Below, in pieces: positions 56,305 through 63,572 of a DNA stretch of 63,572 bases. How positions within the stretch are numbered: position 1 is the stretch's first letter; each line of letters starts with the position of its first letter. The notes below the pieces were generated by a model that did no database searches, was not told the origin of the DNA, and saw only the letters and a list, made by a program, of their open reading frames with translations. The stretch is from IMG/VR virus record IMGVR_UViG_3300009788_000107, positions 1 through 63,572 of that record; one strand, written 5' to 3'. The DNA comes from a virus (lineage: Duplodnaviria; Caudoviricetes). The translations under genes and the position numbers were made by a program.

Positions 56305-57870
56305 TCACCGACAGGAGAGTTCGGTCAGTCGGAGTATCTGTCGGTGTTGTTCCTTCCTGTTGGCCTCTGAGAGCGTCGAGGCGGCGTTCGGGTCGTCCGG
56401 GGTATCACCAGGAGCGCCGGAACGGCTCAGCGCCTCGTGTTGCCCCCTTGCCGCCGCCTTCACGACGTCGACAGCGGTTCGTCGCGAGATCGTTACCTCG
56501 CCCTCGAACCCGAGGATCCTCATCGGGTTCTCCTTGGTCTCGATGAGCGCCATACTGATCCGATTAACGGACAACGTCTGATCGCCGAGCGCGACGATAT
56601 TGAATAACTCCCCGACGAACGTGAACGGCTGAGTCGTGTCGAGGATCCGACACGCCAGCTCGTGAGACAGCTCGACGCCGTGGACGACCAGGCCTCCCTT
56701 GTCGAAGTTCCAGTTCACGTACGCCGCCCGAAGGTCGTCGGCCAGCATCACGACGACCGAGCCACACTCGGCCGTGATCGCGACGCTCACGACCGTCTCG
56801 TCGTTGGTCCGCGCCCAGTCGACGCCGACGTGTTCCGGAGCCTCGGGCTCGACTTCGACCTCGTCCAGGTCGGCCGCGTTGACGCCGAGGGCGATCAGCC
56901 GGTCCCGCTCGGCCTGGAGCTGTCGCCCTTCCCATTCGTCTTCCGCTGTCCGCTTCGCGATGTTTGCGAGACTCAGGTCGAATGTTCTCGCCGACTCCAG
57001 CGCTTCCGCCGGGACTGTGACCATGCTTCGACGACCTCGAGCGCTGCCTCCAGAGAGACGAGCGAGTTCCTGGTTCAGTGTCCCGACACGGTCCGCGACG
57101 CCTAGCTCGACCGCCTCGGCCGCGCTGAACGTCCGGCCGTCCCCGAAGGTGTTCCGGACCCGGTTCGGTGTGAGGCCTCGACCCTTCGCGACGCCGCGAA
57201 TAAAGTCGGCGTGTATGTCGTCCATTTCCTTCTGGAGATCGGCGTGAACTTCCTCACTGAGCGGCTCGAACGGATTCCCGTCGACCTTATGCTCGCCCGC
57301 GAAGATCAGTGTGATGTCCAGACCGATCTGTTCGAGGAACTTCGACTCGTCGACGTGCATCGTCCAGACGCCGACGCTTCCGGAGATCGACGACGTCGAC
57401 GCGACGATCTGATCCGCCGCGACCGAGAGCCAGTACGCGGCCGAGGCCATCATCGTATTGGAGACCGCAATGATCGGTTTCGATCCGCGAAGCGCCAACA
57501 TCTCAGCCGCCGCCTCGGGTGTCCCGTCGACCTCGCCGCCTGGGGAATCGACGTCGAGAACGATCGACGTGATATCCGGATTCGATACCGCCTCCTTCAT
57601 CGAACGAACGATCGACTGTGAGGACTTGATCCCGAAGAACTCACTGAACGCGTCGCCTCGGTGGAAGATGGGACCGAGGATTGGGATCACCGCGATCGAT
57701 CCGAACTGCGTGAACGCCTTCCCTCGGTCCTGAGCCTCGCGCATCCGTTCGACTTCGTCGGCCGAGACCTGTCCCTTCTCGAACTGGATCATCCGTCGCA
57801 ACAGGACCGCCATGTGATCCTTGTGCATTAGGTAGGGTCGCGTAAGGAGGTTAGTTAGTCGTGACAACAT
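56305..57870 (-). CDS. prohead protease, peptidase S49 (SppA/ClpP-like) with C-terminal extension
   Basis: IVLDVDSPGGEV...MASAAYWL...GSVGV...AGEHKVDGNPFEPL...VAKGRG. Confidence 0.93.
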   Translation of the reverse strand: MLSRLTNLLTRPYLMHKDHMAVLLRRMIQFEKGQVSADEVERMREAQDRGKAFTQFGSIAVIPILGPIFHRGDAFSEFFGIKSSQSIVRSMKEAVSNPDITSIVLDVDSPGGEVDGTPEAAAEMLALRGSKPIIAVSNTMMASAAYWLSVAADQIVASTSSISGSVGVWTMHVDESKFLEQIGLDITLIFAGEHKVDGNPFEPLSEEVHADLQKEMDDIHADFIRGVAKGRGLTPNRVRNTFGDGRTFSAAEAVELGVADRVGTLNQELARLSGGSARGRRSMVTVPAEALESARTFDLSLANIAKRTAEDEWEGRQLQAERDRLIALGVNAADLDEVEVEPEAPEHVGVDWARTNDETVVSVAITAECGSVVVMLADDLRAAYVNWNFDKGGLVVHGVELSHELACRILDTTQPFTFVGELFNIVALGDQTLSVNRISMALIETKENPMRILGFEGEVTISRRTAVDVVKAAARGQHEALSRSGAPGDTPDDPNAASTLSEANRKEQHRQILRLTELSCR

Positions 57871-59557
57871 TTCGATCTCCTGTCTGTCCGAGCGCCAGCT
57901 CCGCGAGCTGAGGTCCGAGCGTTTGTTTCCAGTCTTCGGCGGCGGCGATCCCTTTGTCTTCGAGTACGAGTCCCTGGCGCGCCGCGTACTCGCGAGCCTG
58001 AGAGATCGGAACCTTCAGCGTCTCGGACACGTACTCCGCGTGTCCGCCGTAGAACTCGCGGAGCCAGCCCGACCAGGCGACGCCGTCCTTTGAGAACTTT
58101 CGCGCCGCCTTCTTCACTTGCGTCAGTTCGCGGTTCACGACACGCGACGCCAGCTCGAGCGCGAACAGTGTCTCTCGAACGCCGTGAGTTGAGCGGAGCT
58201 GTTCGGCGCGCTCGCCGGTTGTGAGTTGCCCCTGTGTCGGGTTCGGGTTCCCGTTCCCGCCTGGGTTCCCGCCGTTCGAGCTGGAGCCCCCCGGCTCCGT
58301 TCCGGCCATCATCATATTCGTCGGCTGAAGGAACTCCTCCAGCGACTCCGGACCGGGAACCATGTTCTCGATCTCGCGAGCCTCCGCTCGATTCATCCAG
58401 CCGGTAAAGATCGCGAGCTGGAGGAACGAGGACCGCGCCTTGAGGTCGCCGCGAAGAAGGTCGTCGAACAGATACTCGGCGAACACGTCCTCGTCGACGA
58501 TGAGGTCGCGGAGAACCGCTTGCTCGATTCGAGCGCCGAACGGGCGGAACGCAAACTTCACCAGGTCGGACGAGAAGATTTCCGCCGAGGCGTGCGTTGG
58601 TTCTTTCCCGGCGTCGGCGAGAACCTGTGTCGGGATCCCGAGCCAGCGAGCGACCTCGCGAACGCCGTGTTCGCGTGTCGCCAACATCTGGGCTTCCTGC
58701 GGATTGATCCCGAGCTTATTCACCGTCGTTCCCTGGTCGACGATGAGGACGCCGCCGACGTTCCCGAGGCCGGAGAGGTAGCGCTTGATCGACTGGTGAA
58801 GTTCCTTCTCGCCTTCGTCTTCGAGTTCGTCCTGGACCTGAGCGACCAGCGACGCCGACGCGCCCGACTTAAAGAAGCGCGCCGCGTACGTGTCGGCCGC
58901 GATCACGCCGCCGATCGATCGCGCCGCGACCGCCGTGAGGGACAGGCCCATGAGACCATCGCTCATGAATCCGCGAATGTGAAACATCTCCTCCTGAGTG
59001 AGGAACCGATCCTGTAGAACCGGATCGGTTATGCGGTAAATGATGCGACCAGGGGAACCCGCGATCGCGCTCGGGAGGCGCTCGGGAAACACGCGGTCCG
59101 GATGGAACGGAATGATCTGATCAGCGAACGACCTGGACCCCGGCTTGATCTCGCTGTAGGCGTTCCCTCGAAGGAGGACGTGTCCGATCACCATCTCCCA
59201 GTATTCGAGCGCGGTGTGATCGAGGTTCGGTCTGTTGCGGAGGACGTTATAGATCGGAAGCTCCGGCGCTCGACGTCGCGACGACCGGCCGGTCGGTGTG
59301 TCGCTCGGGATCCGCGTGTAGGACAGGAGCGGCGTCGCCGCCATGTTCCGACCCATGAACGTGATCCCCGAGTAGACCGCCGAGGACGTCATCGCCAGCT
59401 CAGGCGTCATCGGGATCCCGGTGTCCATGAATCCCTGAATCCACGACTGCGGAAGACCCGTGAGACTGTCGGACCAGAGACCCGGTGTGTCGTCGTCCGG
59501 CGCAGCGCCGCCGAAGGCGTAGCGTCCGCTTCTGTGTAGTGACCCGAGGAATCCCAC
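57851..59557 (-). CDS. portal protein, HK97 family
   Basis: LLRGNAY...HPDRV...EMFHIRG...DGLMGLS...EVARWLGIP...LLRGD...GWMNRAEAREIEN. Confidence 0.95.
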   Translation of the reverse strand: MGFLGSLHRSGRYAFGGAAPDDDTPGLWSDSLTGLPQSWIQGFMDTGIPMTPELAMTSSAVYSGITFMGRNMAATPLLSYTRIPSDTPTGRSSRRRAPELPIYNVLRNRPNLDHTALEYWEMVIGHVLLRGNAYSEIKPGSRSFADQIIPFHPDRVFPERLPSAIAGSPGRIIYRITDPVLQDRFLTQEEMFHIRGFMSDGLMGLSLTAVAARSIGGVIAADTYAARFFKSGASASLVAQVQDELEDEGEKELHQSIKRYLSGLGNVGGVLIVDQGTTVNKLGINPQEAQMLATREHGVREVARWLGIPTQVLADAGKEPTHASAEIFSSDLVKFAFRPFGARIEQAVLRDLIVDEDVFAEYLFDDLLRGDLKARSSFLQLAIFTGWMNRAEAREIENMVPGPESLEEFLQPTNMMMAGTEPGGSSSNGGNPGGNGNPNPTQGQLTTGERAEQLRSTHGVRETLFALELASRVVNRELTQVKKAARKFSKDGVAWSGWLREFYGGHAEYVSETLKVPISQAREYAARQGLVLEDKGIAAAEDWKQTLGPQLAELALGQTGDRNVVTTN

Positions 59558-59559
59558 GC

Positions 59560-59883
59560 TTAGCCCCTCCGCTTCTTCGTCTCTCTTGGTTCACGATCGA
59601 AGAAGGGAGGTCGAGGAGGGAGCGCGACCCACAGGAGGAAGATCGCTGGCACGCCGGTCGCCGCCGGTCGGTACACGTCCCACAGTGACCACCCTATGAG
59701 AAACAGGCTCCCCACGAATAGAACCTCTTCTCGTCCGATCGTCTCTTGCGTCCGTACCGTCCGCCAGGCCGTCGCGAAAGGCGCGCCGATCGTCTTTAGC
59801 CTCTCACGTATTCTTCTTGTCGTCTTTGGTCGCATTGCCGGAGTGTCGGTCACGCTTCGGAACCTCGCGGAGATTCCGGACAC
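59560..59883 (-). CDS. small membrane protein upstream of portal
   Basis: Two hydrophobic segments; typical position. Confidence 0.55.
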   Translation of the reverse strand: MSGISARFRSVTDTPAMRPKTTRRIRERLKTIGAPFATAWRTVRTQETIGREEVLFVGSLFLIGWSLWDVYRPAATGVPAIFLLWVALPPRPPFFDREPRETKKRRG

Positions 59884-61717
59884 CGCCCGACGTCACGAGG
59901 GAGGCGCGGATCCGTCGACCCTTCCGTCTGTGCGGAAGGAGCATGAGCTGATGAACCGCCATCCCCGACGCGACCGCGCCGTCGATTCGTTTGGTTCCCT
60001 GAGGCTTTTCGATCCATAGGTTCTCGTACTTGTCGTACTTGGGTTCCGCGTTCGCGAAACACCAGGCGAGAACCTCGTTCCCGTCGTGTCGGAGTCGACG
60101 CGACCGGATAAGAACCTCGATCAGTTTGAACGCTTCCGAGAGCGCTCGTCCCTGTCGAAGCTCGACGACATTCACTCGACCTCGATCGCGGAGTTGAACC
60201 GCGAGCTGTGTAGCCTCCCGAGGATCGTAGCCAAGCGCCTGAAGTCGGAACCGCTTCTTTAAGTCTCCGACAATCGTCTGATAGATCAGGTCATAGTCGA
60301 TCACGCCGCCAGGCGTCGCCGACAGAAACCCTCTCTGTCGCCAGCTATCATACGGGATCCGTTCCGTCTTCACGCGCTCGATTAGTGTTTCTTCTGGGAG
60401 CCAGAAGAACGGAATCAGTTCGACCTCATAGTTCAGGGTGAGCTTATGGACGATCGGCGCGCCCTCTTCGTCGGTCGATTCGATCTCGACCTTCTCCGCG
60501 TCGCGCCCGCTGGTGTCCTCGTGTCGCATCGCGACGACCGCCGCCGTCAGGTCGAGCTTCGCTGAGAGGTCGAGGCCGAGCGCCGCCGCGTTTCGATCCT
60601 CGTTCGCGGTCGAAACCGCGTCGACCTTGCACGCGTTCCAGTCGTCCGGCGCGATCCATATCCGATGAGTCTGCGTCCAGATACAAAAGTTGAGCCGCTT
60701 AATCAGAGCCGCCTTCGAGGGAATCGCGAGCGCCAGCTCGACCTGTTTCCGGAGGTATTCGTGATCGATCGTGATGTTCAGGAGGAGCGACGGGTTCGAC
60801 TTCGGCCAGGTCTCCTCGTCGGTCCAGTCGTCGCAGTCTGAACACCCTTCCCGAGGTTGTCGATATCCCTTGTCGTAACACGGGTCGCACGGGTCCAGGT
60901 GACAGACGTAGGCGAACCAGGCCTCGTCCTTCACGACCCCTTCGAGGACGTCGATCGATCGCTGATGATGTTCCCAACAGACCGACGTGAGGTCGTGTCC
61001 AGAGTTCGTGATGTCGACCTCCAGCGGCTCGGGATCTTTCTTGAACCCGGCGCGCATCTTGTCGACGACCATCGCGTCCGGATGTTCGTGGAGTTCATCG
61101 ATCAGCGCGAAGTGGGGACGCTTCCCATCGAGGCCTTTGTGTTCAGAGGAGACCGAGCGGAAGAAGGAGTTCGTCTCGTCGACCGCGAGATTGTGTTTCC
61201 CGATCGTGATCACGTCGCGGAGTTCTTCGGAGGCGCTCGCCATGCGGATCGCGTCCCGTAACATGATCGACGCTTGCTCCCGTTGCGTCGCGGCCGAGTA
61301 GATCTCCGACGCCTGGTGTCCGTCGATCACGAGACCGCCGAGACCGATCCCCGCGAGGAGCGGCGTCTTCCCGCTCCCCTTGCCGGTTTCGATGTAGGCG
61401 TGTCGGAAGCGGCGAACCTCGTCGGTGTCATGCTGCCAGCCGAAGATCGACCCGATGACGAACTTCTGCCAGCCGACCACGTCCGCGCCGCCGTCGAGCC
61501 AGAACACGTCGCCCTCTTCGAGCGTGAGGAACGTCGGGAAGAAGTCGATCCACTTGTTCGCCTCGTCCTCGTCGAAGTAGTACGGGAAGCTCGCGTCCCA
61601 TCCGACGCGCTCCAGGTCCCCCAGGTGACGAACACAGGCGAGACGAACAGCGCGGGACGCGAGGATCTTTCCGTCGCGAACGTGTTCGGCGTACTCCGTC
61701 GTCGTGTGCGTCATCAT
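59804..61717 (-). CDS. terL: terminase large subunit
   Basis: WQKF...RRFRHAYIETGKGSGKT (Walker A); LIDELHEH (Walker B); GLDLSAKLDLTA; KRIDGAVA. Confidence 0.96.
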   Translation of the reverse strand: MMTHTTTEYAEHVRDGKILASRAVRLACVRHLGDLERVGWDASFPYYFDEDEANKWIDFFPTFLTLEEGDVFWLDGGADVVGWQKFVIGSIFGWQHDTDEVRRFRHAYIETGKGSGKTPLLAGIGLGGLVIDGHQASEIYSAATQREQASIMLRDAIRMASASEELRDVITIGKHNLAVDETNSFFRSVSSEHKGLDGKRPHFALIDELHEHPDAMVVDKMRAGFKKDPEPLEVDITNSGHDLTSVCWEHHQRSIDVLEGVVKDEAWFAYVCHLDPCDPCYDKGYRQPREGCSDCDDWTDEETWPKSNPSLLLNITIDHEYLRKQVELALAIPSKAALIKRLNFCIWTQTHRIWIAPDDWNACKVDAVSTANEDRNAAALGLDLSAKLDLTAAVVAMRHEDTSGRDAEKVEIESTDEEGAPIVHKLTLNYEVELIPFFWLPEETLIERVKTERIPYDSWRQRGFLSATPGGVIDYDLIYQTIVGDLKKRFRLQALGYDPREATQLAVQLRDRGRVNVVELRQGRALSEAFKLIEVLIRSRRLRHDGNEVLAWCFANAEPKYDKYENLWIEKPQGTKRIDGAVASGMAVHQLMLLPHRRKGRRIRASLVTSGGVRNLREVPKRDRHSGNATKDDKKNT

Positions 61718-61977
61718 TCCTCGAATCGACGGAACGTACACGTCGCGTCGTGTCTTGTGTTGTGGGCCGCTCTACAGAGCGGACAACAACGAACGCCGAG
61801 AGCCGTGTTAAATCCCGACCATTCAACTCGGCGCAATCCTTCCTCCAGCTCGGAGATCTCATTCGCGGCAGACCCGAGAAGCAGAGAAAGAATTATGTTC
61901 TTTGGATACCCTTTGTGGTCTTCCCGAAGAACCCGAGCGGCCTCACGAAGAGTCGACTTCTTAAACTTTTCAGGCAT
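61714..61977 (-). CDS. hypothetical protein
   Basis: Start MPEKF; CPLC...H...C motif. Confidence 0.45.
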   Translation of the reverse strand: MPEKFKKSTLREAARVLREDHKGYPKNIILSLLLGSAANEISELEEGLRRVEWSGFNTALGVRCCPLCRAAHNTRHDATCTFRRFEE

Positions 61978-62315
61978 TACACCGGCACCCACTTCCCTTT
62001 CCGAATGAACCCGTGATCGCCACAGAGCCGACAGAGAAGGGACGGCGTGAGCGCAAGTGGTTCCCACTCGACAACCGTCCAGAGGGAATCCTTCTCGCTC
62101 CTCATTAGGATCGCCTCGGGGATATCGAAGTGAACCGCGCTATCGCACGTCTCACCGGGAACCTTCAGGTTCGGGTGAGTGACACGAGCGCCCGCTCGCT
62201 CGACGTTTGGAAGCGGCCGACCATACTGTTCGACATTCGCCGGGAGATCGTCGGGTGCCCATCCGAAGAAGTGGAGAAAGTGGTCGCGTCCAAGGTCGAG
62301 TGGATGCCGCTTCAC
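61977..62315 (-). CDS. DUF6527-like protein
   Basis: LTPSLLC..CGDHGFIRKGKW. Confidence 0.6.
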   Translation of the reverse strand: MKRHPLDLGRDHFLHFFGWAPDDLPANVEQYGRPLPNVERAGARVTHPNLKVPGETCDSAVHFDIPEAILMRSEKDSLWTVVEWEPLALTPSLLCRLCGDHGFIRKGKWVPV

Positions 62316-62548
62316 GCCTTCACCTTCGAGAGAAACGCGCCTCCGTCGACGACGATGATCTTCCGATCCTCGCCGAAGATATATCGAAGTTCTAACTCGA
62401 CCTCCCGCCGCGCTTCGTCGTCGAGGAGGTCCGGCGAGTTGAACACGATCGCGTCGTCCGGTTCGAGCTTGAGCGACTGGATTGTCGGGACCGCCGCGAT
62501 TCCCGCCGCGCCGACCGTGGCCTTGAGGAGCGTCCGCCTCGTAATCAT
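62312..62548 (-). CDS. hypothetical protein with twin-arginine-like leader
   Basis: MITRRTLLKATVGAAGIAAVP. Confidence 0.5.
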   Translation of the reverse strand: MITRRTLLKATVGAAGIAAVPTIQSLKLEPDDAIVFNSPDLLDDEARREVELELRYIFGEDRKIIVVDGGAFLSKVKA

Positions 62549-63018
62549 GTCTTTTTTCTCCCTCTTCGACCGATAAAGTCCTGAAGTTTCGTCACGCTCC
62601 CCGGCTTTTTCACAGTCCCAACCTTGCTCTGAGAGGTCGGCGTGATGCCAAGATCAGCCGCCGCCCTCATCATTGTCGCCTGGGACTTCGACAGAATCGC
62701 GTACCAGGGGTTCTGTATCGGATAGCCAGACGAGGTTTTCACGATCGGCTTCGCTTTTTTTAGTTCGCGGGAGGCCTGAGCGACTCTCCCCCAGGCCTGA
62801 ACCAGGACGACAAAGGTCGGCTGATACACGATCGCCATTCGCTTCTCCGCGAGGAGCTGGTCGCCGATCCGTTTATAAAACCGCTTCTCTTCCGCTCTGA
62901 GAAAATCTGGAGCCGGAGGGAGACCGACCTTCGCGATCGGCTCGTCTGGATTGAGCGCCCGGTGTCCTGGGTTCCCCTCCAGTTTTTTCTGAGCGGTCGA
63001 CTTCGGTCGGCGTCCCAT
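62545..63018 (-). CDS. terS: terminase small subunit, P27 family
   Basis: GRRPKSTAQKKLEGNPGHRALN..EP...P..L...GYPIQNP...LGITPTSQ. Confidence 0.93.
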   Translation of the reverse strand: MGRRPKSTAQKKLEGNPGHRALNPDEPIAKVGLPPAPDFLRAEEKRFYKRIGDQLLAEKRMAIVYQPTFVVLVQAWGRVAQASRELKKAKPIVKTSSGYPIQNPWYAILSKSQATMMRAAADLGITPTSQSKVGTVKKPGSVTKLQDFIGRRGRKKT

Positions 63019-63545
63019 TATGTTTCTCGATCAGTAAAGCTATACGGCATCACGCGCCGCCGTTCGGCGCTTGCTACTTCCGCCGCGATATCCTCGTCCA
63101 GGAACACCCCGAGATGTTTCCCCCGAACAACGGCCCTCCATTTCGACGACGATGGCTCCCACATGACGCCCCGGTGTATCGACTGAGGTTGTCGAGTCCC
63201 CTTGTGAGGCCTATTCGCGCCGCGTCTGTTCTGGCCGTTGATTCCATGTGTCGCATACCGGAGATTCGATTTCCGGTTGTCGAGCCGATTTCCGTCCAAG
63301 TGATCAACTAGGATCGGATCTCCGACTGATAACCCCATCACGAAACGACCAAGCTGAACACACACGCTCCGCTTGTCCCATCCCTTCCCAGCACGCCACC
63401 GACGAAGCGTCGGATGAGGAAAGCACGCGACCGGGTATCCACTGTTCAGCGTCCAAGTTCGGAGCGCGACGCGACCGAAGTCCTCCGGGTCGACGAGCGC
63501 CCATACATATCTGTCGGTTTTTGGCACCCGAACTCCAATTCTCAC
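63018..63545 (-). CDS. HNH endonuclease with AP2-like domain
   Basis: ALVDPEDF...VDHLDGNRLDNRKSNLR...N..N...HRGV.W....KWRA...HLG.F..E..AA. Confidence 0.88.
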   Translation of the reverse strand: MRIGVRVPKTDRYVWALVDPEDFGRVALRTWTLNSGYPVACFPHPTLRRWRAGKGWDKRSVCVQLGRFVMGLSVGDPILVDHLDGNRLDNRKSNLRYATHGINGQNRRGANRPHKGTRQPQSIHRGVMWEPSSSKWRAVVRGKHLGVFLDEDIAAEVASAERRRVMPYSFTDRET

Positions 63546-63572
63546 CGAGACCCCCCTGGCAAGGATATCGCG

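Noticed and set aside
1-63572. Genome-wide TAG reassignment (alternative genetic code) suggested by the CUA tRNA
   Set aside because: Core genes are full length in the standard code, and TAG terminates genes at expected positions (capsid 54653, connector 49308, 54138, 7395). No gene fragmented by in-frame TAG was seen.
63018-63572. In-frame fusion of the terminal HNH (393-1) with the HNH-AP2 gene if the ends are joined directly
   Set aside because: The frames do match, but a one-in-three coincidence is likely and the true junction probably lacks some overhang bases.

Overview
The window looks like a complete or near-complete ~63.6 kb high-GC, long-tailed dsDNA phage genome (HK97-like head, siphovirus-type tail). 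Essentially every phage gene is on the minus strand. Reading right to left: HNH-AP2 endonuclease, small and large terminase, portal, S49 prohead protease, major capsid protein, then a six-gene glycosyltransferase/methyltransferase cassette wedged between the capsid and neck genes. Next come neck, tail tube, frameshifted tail chaperone, tape measure and tail tip, followed by a lysis region (small membrane proteins, amidase, trypsin-like protease). A foreign lower-GC island (31.8-34.4 kb) carries an IS1595-family transposase, a Fic AMPylase and a Leu-type tRNA whose anticodon is CUA (amber suppressor). The early/middle region holds an Mgm101/Rad52-like annealing protein, PD-(D/E)XK nucleases, RusA, methyltransferases, a 2OG-Fe(II) oxygenase and a cold-shock protein. 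A second, displaced structural module contains an 825-aa 20-residue-repeat protein. A gp74-like packaging HNH, missed by the ORF track, runs off the left end, consistent with cos-type termini. I recognised no integrase, classical repressor or DNA polymerase. The most notable items are the IS1595/amber-tRNA/Fic island, the putative virion-glycosylation system, a dense hairpin region at ~20 kb, and two recurring non-coding motifs. All family assignments are from motif recognition by eye, not database searches.
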